Origin: Chiloscyllium plagiosum
Taxonomy: Eukaryota
DNA: 64,000 nt
Reading direction: 5' to 3'
Assembly: GCF_004010195.1 (NCBI RefSeq)
Contig: NC_057717.1
Location: 98,292,733-98,356,732 of the forward strand
Shown in pieces: positions 37,951 through 50,987 of this stretch. The notes under the pieces were generated by a model that made no database searches, was not told the DNA's origin, and saw only the letters and a list, made by a program, of their open reading frames with translations. Positions within the stretch are counted from its first letter, which is position 1. Every line of letters begins with the position of its first letter. The position numbers were made by a program, and so were the translations under genes.

Positions 37951-39751
37951 AAATTCTATGTTTCAACACGAATTGTTACGGCCCAAGTAAATATGGCAGA
38001 TGTATTCTGAAAGGCAACTCTGCAGTGACTCCGGGACCAAATGGTGTCATGTTGGGGTCATTGTTGACAACAGCTTGCATTTATGTAGCACCTGTAGGTT
38101 TCCCATGGCACTCCACAGGAGTGCTATCAAGGACAATTTGAAACATATGTGGAATGTTAGATATAGGGGTCAGTTAGTTGGACTGCGATGCAGAGTGTCC
38201 CACATTGGTTGAGGGTACCACCTTCTCAACTTCTCCCCTTGCCTGAGGTGTGGTGAACCTTAGGTTAAACTACTATTTGTCTCTCTCCAGTGAGAGAGTA
38301 CCCCTATGGTCTGCTAGGACTATGGATGACGTTACCCTTTGTTTAAAAAAGACACGAGGGGCAAATGTTTTTACACTGAGAGTCGTCTGCGCCTGGAATT
38401 AACTTCCTGAGGAAGTGGTGGATGTGGGTACAATTTCAACATTTAAAAGACATTTGGTTAAACACATGAATAGGAAACATTCGGAGGGATATGGGCCAGG
38501 AGCAGACAGGTGGGACTAGTGCAGTTTGGGATTATGGTCAGCATGGACTGGTTGGGCCGAAGGGTCTGTTTCCATGCTGTATGGCTTTATAACTAAAGTT
38601 CACAAGATACGGTTTAAAAAGAATCTTAAACAGACAGAATGTGCAAAAGAAATTGGAGCAGGAGTATACCATCAGCCCTCAAGCCTGCTCCACCATTCAA
38701 GAAAACCTTAGTGAGTTTTGGGAAGATTTGTAGCTCAGGTTGAGGTTCTGGATGTAGGTTTGCTCGCTGAGCAGGAAGGTTCATTTTCAAACGTTTTGTC
38801 ATCATACTCGGTAACATCTTCAGTGAGCCTCCGGATGAAGCACTGGTGGTGTAATCTGCTTTCTATTTATATGTCTGTGTTTCCTTGGGTTGGTGATGTC
38901 ATTTCCTGTGGTGACATCATTTCCTGTTCTTTTTCGCAGGGAGTGGTAAATGGGATCCAAGTCAATGGAAACTAACCTTCCAGTTCAGCAAGTAAAACCT
39001 ACTTCCAAGAAGACCATGGCTAATCTGATGTGCCTTTGAATCTGCTTTCCAACCCTATTACCCCATGACTCCTTTGTACTTCGAACCTCTGCCTACTGCA
39101 TCCTCCAAAATACTCAACCACTCAAAGGCTTCTGTGGTGCAGTGGTAGTGTGCCTGTTGCTAAGCCAGAAGGTCCCGGTTCAATTCCCACCTGCCTTGAA
39201 GGCGTAATATTGCACGTCTGATCCACTTGATTAAAATATAGTCAGTGACCCAGACACTGCCAACTCCCTGTGAAACAAAAGCCAACGACCCTCTGAGGAA
39301 GGTTTTCTCCACCTTAATGGGAGAATCTCTATTTTTGAAAGGGGGAATACATCCTCTCAGCGTCCACCCTGTCATGTCCTCCACCCTCCCCCGCAGAATG
39401 TTACATATTTCAGAAAGCTCACCCCCATTCTCTATTGGATGTAAGCCCAATCTGCTTATCCTTTCCTCATGAGACAACCCCCTCCAGAAGGCACAAATGC
39501 CAATGGTGGAGCGATGGCCTAGTGGCATTGTCGCTGGACGGTTAATCCAGGGACCCAGCCAATGTTCTAGGAACCTGGATTCAACTCCCACCAAGGCAGA
39601 TAATGGAATTTGAGTTCAAAAGTTGAGGGAAAGGGAATATCTGGAATTAAGAATCTAATGAAAATCATGACTCTCTTGTCAGGAAAAACCAGTTTCCTTC
39701 CACACCTTCCCCGCCCCCTCCTGCCTTTCCAGGAAGGGATCTGCCAGTCTT

Positions 39752-40075
39752 AATGGTCTGATGCAGCTCCATTGGTGGATGTTGGGATGATTGCTCCTGT
39801 ACTTGAGTATCTGGTCTGTGTGTGTTGCTTTCCTGTGGACGCTGGTCTGCAGTTCTCCAATGACTGTTTGTTCCACTGTGACATTTAGGAAGGGGATTCT
39901 GTTGCTGTTCTCTTCCTCCTTGGTGAAATTTATGCCAGTAAGGATGTTGTTAATGTTATTGTACGTCTCCTCTAATTTGTTCTGTTTCGTGATTACAAAG
40001 ATGTCATCCACATAGCGGACCCAAAGCTTGGTTTGGATCATGGGAAGGGCTGTTCATTCTAGTCTCTGCATCAAT
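39752..40075 (-). mobile_element. Penelope-like reverse transcriptase fragment
   Basis: KLWVRYVDDIFVI..INFTKEEE..IPFLNVTV..TSVHRKATHTDQILKYRSNHP, typical PLE RT core and thumb. Confidence 0.88.
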
Positions 40076-43000
40076 ACTTCTGCTATGGTTGATGAGTGGG
40101 AAAAACAAAATGCGTACAAGGTAAAAGTTAGAGTGAAGATAACCTGGAGGGTTGTGGAGCTGGAGGAGATCACAGGGATAGGGAGGGGAAAAGCCCCTGG
40201 CCAGACTGGAAAACAAGGAAAAGAAGTTTAAATTTGAGGTGTTGTCAGTACAGGTCTGTGAGTGACCTGGTAATGGGTGTAAAGGACATGGTGGAAGCTA
40301 TGGTGGTTGGAGGATTGAATCCCAATTTGAGTATTGTCAACTCTTCCACTGCTACAAGGGAATGCGTCAACAAAAAAAGGTTCTTGAAATGACCACAGAC
40401 ACCAATATCAGCACCAAATCACCAAACAGAACAGTGGCATCAGTTTTAACTGGAGATTCACTAAGGTTTCCACTGGTAGGAGAGGCTAGGACTTGAGGGC
40501 ACGGTCACAGAGTGCAGGGACCCTTTGGATCTAAGATATGGAGGAGTTTTTTTCAGTGAATCTGTGGCACGGATTGCTGCAGAAGGCCAACCTATTGAGC
40601 ATATTTAAGACAGAGAAAAATAGGTTCTTGATTAGTGAAGGGATTAAGGGTAATGGGGAGAAGGCAGGAGAGTGGGGTTGAGACAAATGTAGGCCGTGAT
40701 TGAATGGTGGAGCAGATGATGCGCTGAATGGCCAAATTGTGCTCCTATGTTTTACGATTAGGCCTGAACCTCCAGAAACATAGCTCACAAGGAACAGGTG
40801 TAGGCCACTCAGTCCTTTGGGTCAGGTACCTGCCTTCCTGACAGGAATTACTGATCTCCGTTTCGCTTGTCTGAGGGGATTTTCTTCATGTGTTGCGGTT
40901 GTTTCTTGCACTTTGCAAAGCAGAGATTCCCGGGAGCTTCCTCCACACACACCCCCACCTCAGAAGAGGGGCACAATATATAATCGACAACCACACGGAA
41001 AACAACTTGCAACTCATTTTTATACCCATTCAATGGCAACATCAAAAAACAATTCCGTGACAAAATTTCTCGGGGCTTTGCGATGCATGACTCACTTTGT
41101 TTCCACTCAAACGTCAGGTTAGAGAAGACGAATGACACTTCTTTATCAATGTGTTGACACGTTGCATTCCCACACGGCCAGCGAATCGTCACATTCCGCC
41201 TGTGACCCTGAATAGTGAGGGCCAGTCGGCTATTCGACCAGAAGGGCCATCGCACCCGTACACGGGAGTTCAAGCACTCGCAGTCAGGGATCGGAGTTTA
41301 ACAACTGGAAGTTGGGAAGCAAGCCCTACCCTTTCAGAGCCTGGGAATAAACTACTATTCACTATCCGACTCCTTCAGTCCACCCTTCCTTGAGGGCCAA
41401 ACTCTTCTGAAAGTGTAACTGCTCAGATACTGAGTGAGGGTGAACACACAGGGTATCATTAAATGTCACCAAGGGAACAGTTCACAATGATGACAGCTCG
41501 AGTGGTGGGATGCCCACTCAGTGAACAGCCTAGTAGGCCCCAACCTGCCCTGACCCCTCACTGGCCCTGACAGTAAAATAGCAGAGACTGAGATGCTATG
41601 GCATGGATGAGCCCCACCAAAGCTGGTGAACGGGGCGTGATGCTGGGGACTCGGTGATCTCCAGGGTGACCGCTCTGTCTGAAGGGCGTCCATCACTGGG
41701 ATATTCTCTATACCTTCCCGCAGCAAGCAGGGGAGACACAGCAGGAAAGTTTTGCTGGGTAAGGGCGGAGTAAGGGAGTGCCCTTTGCAAGAACTGTTGT
41801 TTCTTCACCCAACAACCCTCCGTTCAGCCCCTCCTTTCCAATCTCTGTCGGCGGAGGAACTAAATTAAGGCCTGACAGATGGCGGTGATCAGACAATTCT
41901 TCACACAATGACCATGAGGCAGGTAACCAGTTTGTCCTTGTGGTTCAACACAAATAGCCAGGGGATAAAGTACTCCCATGGCCTTGTTTACATAAAAAAC
42001 AATGGAGCAGAATAGGAGAGGATCAAAGATCAAAGACCACATACTAGTTATAGAAAGGAGAATGTATTAATAAATGGCAACAATCACCTGCTTGGACTTT
42101 GCAAAGCCAATGAATTACTTATTGATATCAATGCTGTGGTGTCCATGACAGTCAATTCCTTTACCCTTTGACTTCTTTACGCATTCAAACTAGGTTATTT
42201 TTATCCAGACTGATGCAAGGTTTGGTAGGAACATACACACATATCTCTAAAAAAAAAAAGGAATGTCCAAGTTTCAACTTTGAGAGTCCAGGAATTCGTG
42301 CTTTGCTCTCCAATCCGCAGTCAAAGCCATCTGGTCTGATCCCAGTGATACAGCCCGTGCTTGGGCTCTCCATCCCAAGTGAGGCCCTCATTAACTGAGG
42401 TTAGCCATAGCTAACAATCAGCACAGTGTCCCTCCTCAGTTACAACCATCGCACAAAATGAAAATCAGAGAAAGTCCACCCTAACTCAGCGAAGGTCTTC
42501 TCAGTTCCCTAACTAAAACATCCAACTGCATTCTGCTACTTTGTATTGTTGTCCAGGAGGGCGTACCATAACCACACCTGCTCCCTTCTATATCTCGGGC
42601 ATCTCAGGTCTTGCCTTCGACAGCCTAATGTGGGCTTAATTAATCAACACATTGAAAACTTTCTCTCCTGGAGTTAGGGTCCCTCTCATCACAGAGCTAA
42701 ACCGTAAAAACAAAAAAGGGCTTCTTTCATTTCCCTTCACAGGCAACTTGGTTCCTGAAAAAAAAACACAGAAACACTAACCTCCCTGGTGAGGAAAGGT
42801 AACCTAATAAACATAGTTAAAGATCCCAAAGGGTAGCACCCTGTATTGACAAAATGGATGTCAATGGAGTCGCAGATTGTCCAACGGGGTTTTGAAATTA
42901 GGATGTCAGTGGTGACATTTGCACCTTCAAAGTAAGGGCACAGATCGGGTGGACAGTGGCTTTCCACCCCACAGTGGAAAGTTCAACTATAAGAGGGCAC

Positions 43001-43583
43001 AGGTTCAAGGTGAAAGGGTCAAGGTTTAGGGGAGAAGTGCGGGCAAAATCTTTTACCAAGAGGGTGGTGGGTGCCTGGATCGCGCCGCCAGTGGAAGTGG
43101 TAAGGAGGCACATTGGCGACATTTAAGGGGTATCTTGATGGACACATGGACCGGGAGCCAATCAGAAGGATACAAATATTGCACTTGGGCAATAAGTAGC
43201 GGATTGAAATAAGGATTAGGAATCAGCGCAGGCTTGGTGGGGCCGAAGGGTCTGCTCCTGTGCTGTATTGGATTTTGAATTGTTTGAAAGGTCATAGGGT
43301 ACAATTTGAAGAGAAGCAGAAGGGAGTTCCCTCAGGCTACTGAGGATTTTCTCCCCTTAACTGACACCTGTCAGTCCACCAAGGGGGCAGGGGCAGCCTT
43401 GGACTTAACATGTAATCCAAAATGTGATAACGCCCATGGGCCAGTGTTTTAAATAACGTGTGAAGGAGAGTTAAAGACATCAGTTGCGCTGACTGGTGGT
43501 TGGATTTGCAACCGGAGGAGGGTTTTGAATTAGGCTCATGCATTTATGGAAGAAGATGTGAAATTAGTCAGTAAGCCCTCCCT

Positions 43584-43853
43584 CTAATCCCCAAATTGCT
43601 TTGCTTGCCTTGCCACAAGATGGATTCCTGTCACTTTATCTGCCTCGAAGAGCAGCTCCCAGGTGCAGTCCTCCACGTTTTGTGATTCCGGAGGCACTTC
43701 GGCGTCAGGCGTTGCCAGTCCGGAGAAGGATATGAGATAACGCTGGACCCCCTCCGGTTCACACTGCTCCTCTCTCACCATGCACTTCACTGGGAAGTAA
43801 CGCTCGATAATAGGCAGGAACGAATCTGACGCAGTTTCCTCTGGAATTGGAGC
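43584..43853 (-). CDS. SWSAP1: SWSAP1 exon 2 (to stop)
   Basis: Acceptor ttttctcgcacttcAG; APIPEETASDSFLPIIERYFPVKC..CTWELLFEAD..FGD*, matching human LALLQRYFPAQC..EWWVTF. Confidence 0.85.
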   Translation of the reverse strand, partial: APIPEETASDSFLPIIERYFPVKCMVREEQCEPEGVQRYLISFSGLATPDAEVPPESQNVEDCTWELLFEADKVTGIHLVARQAKQFGD

Positions 43854-43899
43854 CTGAAGTGCGAGAAAACGAAAAGGTGGTGATCAGTCACTGTTGGTA

Positions 43900-44290
43900 A
43901 ACGCTCAAAGTAAAACGAGAAGGCAAGGCATCTGCAGCAATGAGGAGCTCTATGGTCTTTTCCCCAGGACGCACACCGAGACAAATATCAACTGGAGGGC
44001 CATCAACTCGGTGAAAGACGCTCTTTGGAATGCCTGAAACTTGTTGGTCTTCCAGAACAAAGGAGTTAGCCCCCAGTAAGTGTTGCAAACTGGCACATTC
44101 CAAGGACCAGGACTACGTGCTGGGGAACGCACTAAAGCTTGGGCAGCTACTGCCAAGGCACAGTGGGGAAAGACCACCGTCTGATGTCTTCCTGCTGAAG
44201 ATAAATGGGGGTCCCCTTAGTTATTGGACCCTCCTCATGCCTCAATTATGTAAACATAGTTTTGTATATGCAAGAGAGATCTTTGGTTTT
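43900..44290 (+). mobile_element. Tx1/L1-clade LINE 3' fragment in the SWSAP1 intron
   Basis: Frameshifted LYGL..THTETNI..INSVKDALW..NLLVFQNKEL..LAHSK.QDYVL..ALKLG..AKAQWGKTTV*. Confidence 0.7.
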
Positions 44291-44919
44291 TTTGGATATC
44301 AGAGTATTGGGGAAGATAAAAATGAACAAACGGTAATAATTAAAAATAATAATTAAGTATTATCAGAGTAAAAAACTAAAATAATGCTAAAATATCATGA
44401 GTGAAATAAATTTAGGATAAAGTTATTATATGACAATAAATTGCAATTAAATAATGACAATAATAAACTTAGAAAAGATCCCTAGATTAAATAATTAGCC
44501 AAAATCCAAAAAAACAAGCATCTCTTTCCATTAGTGAGACATACAGAGTAGATTACATCCAGCTTTACAGGCTGACATACAGAATAGAATGCATTATGCA
44601 TCTATAATTTGGCAAAATATAACAAAGATACATTTAAAAACCTGAGAGTAAAAATGTGTAAAAGTGATGCTAAAATTATGCTTAAACTCAGAATGAAATG
44701 TTTTTATAAATTTAAATGGCAAATATATTAGATAAATAAATCTTGATTATATCAGAATTCCATACAAAGTGTAAAATACATTTAAAAACAGTGAGAATTA
44801 TTTAAAAAAAAAATTTAGCCTGAGAGGGCAACTGTATAACCTTGACAAAGTAAGTGGATGAGCACTTGTAATGTCATAATTTTCTAGGCTATAGGCCAAG
44901 AGCTGGAAAGTGGGATTAG

Positions 44920-45288
44920 TGCAAATTTAATCTAGATTTAGACTAGATTAGGCGAGTAGATTTACAGTAGATTTAGACTACATTTAGTCAAGATTTAGAG
45001 TAGACCTAGTGCAGATTTAGTCTAAATTTACAGTAGATTTGGGGTGGATTTCAAGCAGATTTAGTCTAGAATTAGAGTGGATTTAGTTTAGAATTGGAAT
45101 GGATTTAGTCTAGATTTTTTAGTTTAGAATTGGAATGGATTTAGTCTAGATTTACAGTGCATTTAGTTTAGAATTGGAATGAATTTAGTCTAGATTTACA
45201 GTGCATTTAGTTTAGAATTGGAATGGATTTAGTCTAGATTTACAGTGCATTTAGTTTAGAATTGGAGTAGATTTAGTCTCGATTTAGT
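44920..45288. repeat. Hierarchical 11/22/44-bp tandem repeat
   Basis: ATTTAGTCTAG-ATTTACAGTGC-ATTTAGTTTAG-AATTGGAATGG units. Confidence 0.9.
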
Positions 45289-45289
45289 G

Positions 45290-45575
45290 TATCATAGAGA
45301 TGTACAGCATGGAAACAGACCTTTCAGTCCAACCCGTCCATGCCCACCAGATATCCCAACCCAATCTAGTCCCACCTGCCAGCACCCGGCCCATATCCCT
45401 CCAAACCTTTCCATTCATATGCCTCATAAATGTTGCAATTGTACCAGCCTCCACTACTTCCTCTGGCAGCTCATTCCATGCATGCACCACCCTGTGTGAA
45501 AAGGTTGCCCCTTAGGTCCCTTTTATACCTTTCCCCTCTCACCCTAAACCTCTGCCCTCTCGTCCTGGACTCCTG
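45290..45575 (-). mobile_element. CR1 LINE 3' fragment
   Basis: Reverse ORF2 end and 3'UTR. Confidence 0.9.
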
Positions 45576-45724
45576 ATATAGTGGAGATTCGGCTGGTACA
45601 AACTCGATGGGCCGACCAGCCTCTTGTGCACTGCCTATGGCGGAACAAATGCAATGTTCAGACATCGTGGAGCGTGACTATCTCGAAGGCAGCGAGGCAC
45701 ATTTTATTTCGTTTCGCCCTGCAC

Positions 45725-46231
45725 CTTGAGCGCTGCGATGATGTGGCACCGGGCGCCGGGCTGTTGTTGCTGGCTGAGCCAGCCGGCGCTGTCCCGGAGC
45801 AGGGCGGCGACCCTGGCCGCTCGCTGAGCCGTCTCCTGCCCGCCTCCCTGCAGGTACCGGTCCAGCCCGTCCACCAGCAGCAGGGAGGGCAGCCCGCCGC
45901 GGGCTGCACGGTGCACGGTGGCCAGCGCCTGCAGCAGCCCGTCCGCCGTCCGGGGGTAGGCGAACTCGATCCTCCGCAGGCTGCCGGGCTCCAGCGGCAG
46001 CAGCGGGGCGGGCAGCGCCTGCACCGGGCTCGGGGCGAGGAACAGCACTCGCCTGCCCCCGCGCCCCGCCGCTTCGGCCGCTGCCAGGAACAGCAGAGAG
46101 CTCCTCCCGCGGGATTCCTCGCCCAGCAACAAGCAAGCCCCTGGGTCCCCGGCTCCCCAAGCTCTGTCCATGTCTGCCCTGCTCTCTGCATCACTGTAGG
46201 AACCCAGAACATGCAACAGAACCTCAGCCAT
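45725..46231 (-). CDS. SWSAP1: SWSAP1 (RAD51-paralog-like ATPase of the Shu complex) exon 1
   Basis: MAEVL..LLLGEESRGRSSLLFLAAAEAA..VLFL..IEFAYP..LPSLLLVDGLDRYL (Walker B)..AALLRDSA; donor AAG|GTGCAG, phase 0; lies in a CpG island. Confidence 0.9.
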
Positions 46232-46254
46232 CTCCCCCCCAACTCAATTCAGAA

Positions 46255-46500
46255 CACATCCACTTCCTGGTTCACAAGTAGCAATGCAAAACACCCCTGT
46301 TTGGATACTTTCAGTGTGCCCATCCTCAGGTTAATTGCATACAAAAGCAAACTTGTGCGATTTAAAAAAAAAACTTGGCTGCAAATTTGCTCCTGAAAGA
46401 TTCAGGTTGTTCAGCTCAACTGCATGGTTCCCCCCCGAAGGTTTCATTGAATGACCCGCCTCACACTCTCTCCCTCCCTATTGGCCGTGCAAACTGTTCA
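46255..46500 (-). promoter_or_regulatory. Probable SWSAP1 proximal promoter/5'UTR
   Basis: ETS-type CAGGAAGTG (46261-46269, - strand) and CCAAT (about 46480, - strand) upstream of the ATG, next to CpG island 45700-46170. Confidence 0.4.
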
Positions 46501-48819
46501 TTAAAGGTTCTGAAGCAGTCCCGTTTAAATAAATATCACACAACACCAGGTTATAGTCCAACAGGTTTAATTGGAAGCACACTAGCTTTCGGAGCGACGC
46601 TCCTTATGTTAGACACTGTGACTCTCTGGTCAGGTGCCGCCAGACCAGACGAGTTTATGTTTTATTTTTAATTTCTTGAATTAGGTGATGGTCACTTGCC
46701 AAAATGCATTCCCCTTCATGTTTTTTGTAAAAGAGAATATAATCCCACTTCCATGTAAATTGGAAGTTGTGAACAATCTAGGGTTAGAATCCCCACAGTG
46801 TGGAAGCAAGCCACTCGGCCCATCAAGTCCACACCGACCCTTTAAAGCGCATCCCACCCAGACCTGCCTCCCCCACCACCCCGCATTTCCCATGACAAAC
46901 CCACCCAGGCTGCACATCCCCAAACACTATGGGCATCTTAGCACAGCCAATCCACCCGAACCTGCACATCTTTGGACTGTGGGAGGAAACCGGAGCACCC
47001 GGAGGAAACTCACGCAGACACGGGGAGAATGTGGCAAACTCCACACAGACAGTCACCCGAGGCTGGAATCAAACCCATGTCCCTGGCGCTGCTATCCACT
47101 GAGTTACCATGCTGCTCTGGTTGATCTGGGGTTTAAGAATTGAAGGCCAATCTTAATTAATAAAAACATTTCTTTAAAAAAACATTCTGAATTATTTACC
47201 ACTCTGGTCTGCACATTAAATGGAAGGTGGCATGTAGTGGTACTGTCACAGGACTAGTAAACCAGAACTGCAGGCTAATGTCCTGAGGAAATGAGTTTGA
47301 ATCCCACCATGAGAACTCCGAGCAGGAGTCGGCCATCTTGAGCCTGCTCCACCATTCAATAAGATCATGGCTACCTTCAAGTGGTCTCAGCTCCATTTAC
47401 CTGCTCACTCACCAGAACCCTTAATTCCTTTACTGTTCAAAACTCTATTCATCTTCACATTAAAAACATTCAACTATTTCACTGGGCGGGGAATTCCACA
47501 GATTCACAACTCTTTGGGTGAAGATGTTCCTCTTCAACTCAGTCCTCAATCTGCTCCCCATTATTCTGAGGCTATGCCCCCTAATTCTGGTTTCACCCTG
47601 CAGTGGAAACAACCTCGCTGCTACCAAAGCAGCAGCGGGTGGAATTTAAATTAAATTAATAAAAAGGAAAATTCTAATTCTCATTAGAAAACCCATCAGG
47701 TTCATAAATTCCCTTTAGGGGACAAAGATAGAAAATAAAACAAAACCCACTGCCTGCATTGACTGAATATATTAGCCACCCAATCTAATGTCTCTTAGCA
47801 GTACTTGGGCTATAGCCTTTCAGGGGAAGATCCAATTTCTTTTGAAATGATTTGAGGGTTTAGATTTTCACGCTCCTGGGTGAAAAGAGATACTGCGCCA
47901 GGGACCCAGGTTCGATTCCAGCCTCGGGCAACTGTCAGTGGGGATTGTGCACATTCTCCCCGTGTCTGCATGGATTTCCTATGGGTGCTCTGGTTTCCTC
48001 CCACAGTCCGAAGATGTGCAGATTAGGTGAATTGGCCATGCTACATTGCCCACAGTGTTAGGTGCATTAGTCAGAGGGAAATGGGTCTGGGTGGGTTACT
48101 TTTTGGAGGGTCGGTGCAAACCTGTAGAGAATCTAATCTAAAAAAAAAGTTTCCTCATGACCCCTCTAATCCTTCTGCCAATCACCCTAAGTCTGTGCCC
48201 TGGTAACTCACCCCTCCACCAGGGGCAACAGATCTCCTTGTCCACTCTAAGTTCCTCAATATTTTGTGCTCCTCAATTATGTCACCCCTCACCCCCCTAT
48301 GCTCCAATGGAAAACAACCTTAGCATTAATAATATTTCCTCAAAGCTCCAATTTTTAAGCTCTGATAACGTTCTTGACTATCTCCTCTGTTAACGACAAA
48401 TATGCACTTCCTGTAAAGTGGTCATCAAGTGAGTACAGAAAATTCCAGCTGTGGCCTAATCAGGGTCATATATAGTTCCAGTATCCCACGCCTGCTTGTG
48501 TTTTTAAGATTGTGGCCATGGGCACCGCTGACTGAGCCAGCATTTATTACCCATCCCTATTTGCCTCTGAGAAGGTGTTGGTGAGCTGCCTTGTTGAATC
48601 ACTGCAGTCCATGTGTCGACCCATGATGCTATGTGGGAGGGAATTCTGGGCTTATGATCCAGTGGCACTGAAGGAATGGTGATATCTTTCCAAGTCAGGA
48701 TGGTGCGTGGCCTGGCTTAGAGTCATTGAGATGTACAGCACGGAAACAGTCCATGCCGACTAGGTATCCTAACCTAATCTAGTCCCATTTGGCCCATGTC
48801 GCTCTAAATCTCTGGCACA

Positions 48820-49175
48820 GAGTCTGATCCTGTCGCTCAGAAAGGAAGGGGGGAGAGGAGTAGAGCATTAGTCAATGGGGACTCCATAGTTAGGGGGTTC
48901 TGTGGGAACGAGAGAGACTTACGGTTGGTGTGTTGTCTCCCGGGTGTCAGGTTCGTGATGTCTCTGATTGAGTTTTCAGGATCCTTGCAGGGGAGGGGGA
49001 GCTGCCCCAAGTCATGGTCCATATAGGCACCAATGACATTGGTAGGAAAAGAGATGGGGATTTAAGGCAGAAATTTAAGGGAGCTAGGGTGGAAGCTTAG
49101 AGCTAGGGCCAATAGAATTGTTATCTCTGGTTTGTTGCCCATGCTACATGAGGTGAGGAATGGGGAGAGAGAGAG
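48820..49175 (+). mobile_element. CR1 ORF1 esterase (SGNH/GDSL) fragment
   Basis: ALVNGDSIVRG..VCCLPG..VMVHIGTNDIG..FKELGWKLR..IVISGLLP, frameshifted. Confidence 0.85.
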
Positions 49176-50317
49176 AGGAGTTGAACATGTGGCTTCTTCA
49201 ATACCTCGCCCCATGAAGGAAAGGATTCAATTTACTTTTCACCAACTTATCTACCCATACTGCCACTTTCAATCGCCTGTGGACATACACTCAAAAGGTC
49301 TCCCACTTTCTCAAAACTTCCTCCTGTTTATGTTGTACTGCTTTGTTTTGTTTGCTTTTCATGAATGCATAACACTACACTCCTCAAGATTGAATTTTAA
49401 CAAGCGTCTTAAGTTTCATTTTATAAAAGTCTCCGAGACACCGTCTTAAAACAGAACTCATCAGGAAGGAATCTGGGTAAACATGTTCAGAGAGAGAATT
49501 CTCAATCAAACAGAGAGCAAGGAAAAGGACTTTCTGTAATCAACCACAGTTCTGCTGAAAGAGTCCTAGCAATTGGCAAGCGCCATATCAACAGAACGAG
49601 TGAGGAACAAGGAACCTCTCTTTCATTAGATTTAGCACTAGCTACTAAATCTACCAGCACAAACAACATTCAACTGCAGAAGCTGTCAAAGCTCCTGAAA
49701 TCTGACGTCAACATTTTGAACTTCTTCACCTTAGAAAAAGAAATTTTCAAGCAACTAGCAGGCCTGCAAGATCAGAGACTGAGCTTATTTATTTCAAGAG
49801 CTGTTGCAGGCACATTGGGCTGAATTTCCTCCTCTGCACCACAAGACATAGGAGTAGAAATTAGGCTATTCAGCCCATCGAGTCTGGTCTGCCATTCAAT
49901 CATGGCTGATAAGTTTCTCAACTCCACTTTCTCCTCTAATTCTATATCCCCTTGACATCTTTCTCAGTCTTAAATATACTCAATGACCTAGCCTCCATAG
50001 TCTTCTGCAGCAGTGAATTAAACTGTAACAGTTCTGTGATTTTCCTAACTGTTATAAGTATCTTTTATCAGTATCAGCTTGCAATCTTTGTGTCTTTGTT
50101 TTATGTAATACATCTAGCACATTTCTACTTCATAACTTGACATCGAGTAATAAATGAATCTTTCGATTTTATTTAAAATTACTTGTTTACTGGTGGAATT
50201 TAAATTAATAAAAAGGGAAAACTCTCATTGTCATTAAATAAAACTCAAAAATGCCCTTTAGAGGACAGAGATGGAAAATTTACAACAGTAACCCTTTCGG
50301 GGGTGGGGGGGTGGTGA

Positions 50318-50671
50318 GGCATCACTGGACCTGAAATGTTAACTCTGATTTCTCTCCACAGATGCTGCCAGACCTGCTGAGTTTTTCCAGCAATTTCATT
50401 TCTTTGTTACTTATAGGAGCTGTTGTTCAATGCTTGATGAAAATTCTCATATCAAATACAAGTTTTGATTTTGTGCTCCTGACATACGCAGAGGAGCAAG
50501 TAGGCATCACTGGACCTGAAATGTTAACTCTGATTTCTCTCCACAGATGCTGCCAGACCTGCTGAGTTTTTCTTTGTTACTTATAGGAGCTGTTGTTCAA
50601 TGCTTGATGAAAATTCTCTATCAAATACAAGTTTTGATTTTGTGCTCCTGACATACGCAGAGGAGCAAGTA
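50318..50671. repeat. Direct tandem duplication (185 + 169 bp)
   Basis: 50318-50502 repeated at 50503-50671, identical apart from two deletions. Confidence 0.92.
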
Positions 50672-50987
50672 ATAGGGAGAGAGTGCCGATGGCATGGGGC
50701 TCATAATACAGAGGCCCAGGCTGCCTGTTCTAGGAACACAGGTTTAAATCGCACTTTGGCAGCTGTTGGAAATTACGTTCAACTGATAAACAGAAAACTA
50801 ATCTCAGCAATGACGACTTCGATAACTGAGCATCATGACTGAAATTAATTTTCAATTTACCAATTGAATTTAGTCACCTTGTTAATGTAGGTGCATTTTT
50901 GGCACAACATCTGTTGCCAGGTGAAAATGTTACACGTGCAAGCCACATCAGACTCGTGATCAGCTGAATAGAAATATTGGAATTTTG

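Noticed and set aside
45581-46396. 271-aa + strand ORF and other overlapping frames
   Set aside because: Stop-poor shadow frames of GC-rich SWSAP1 exon 1
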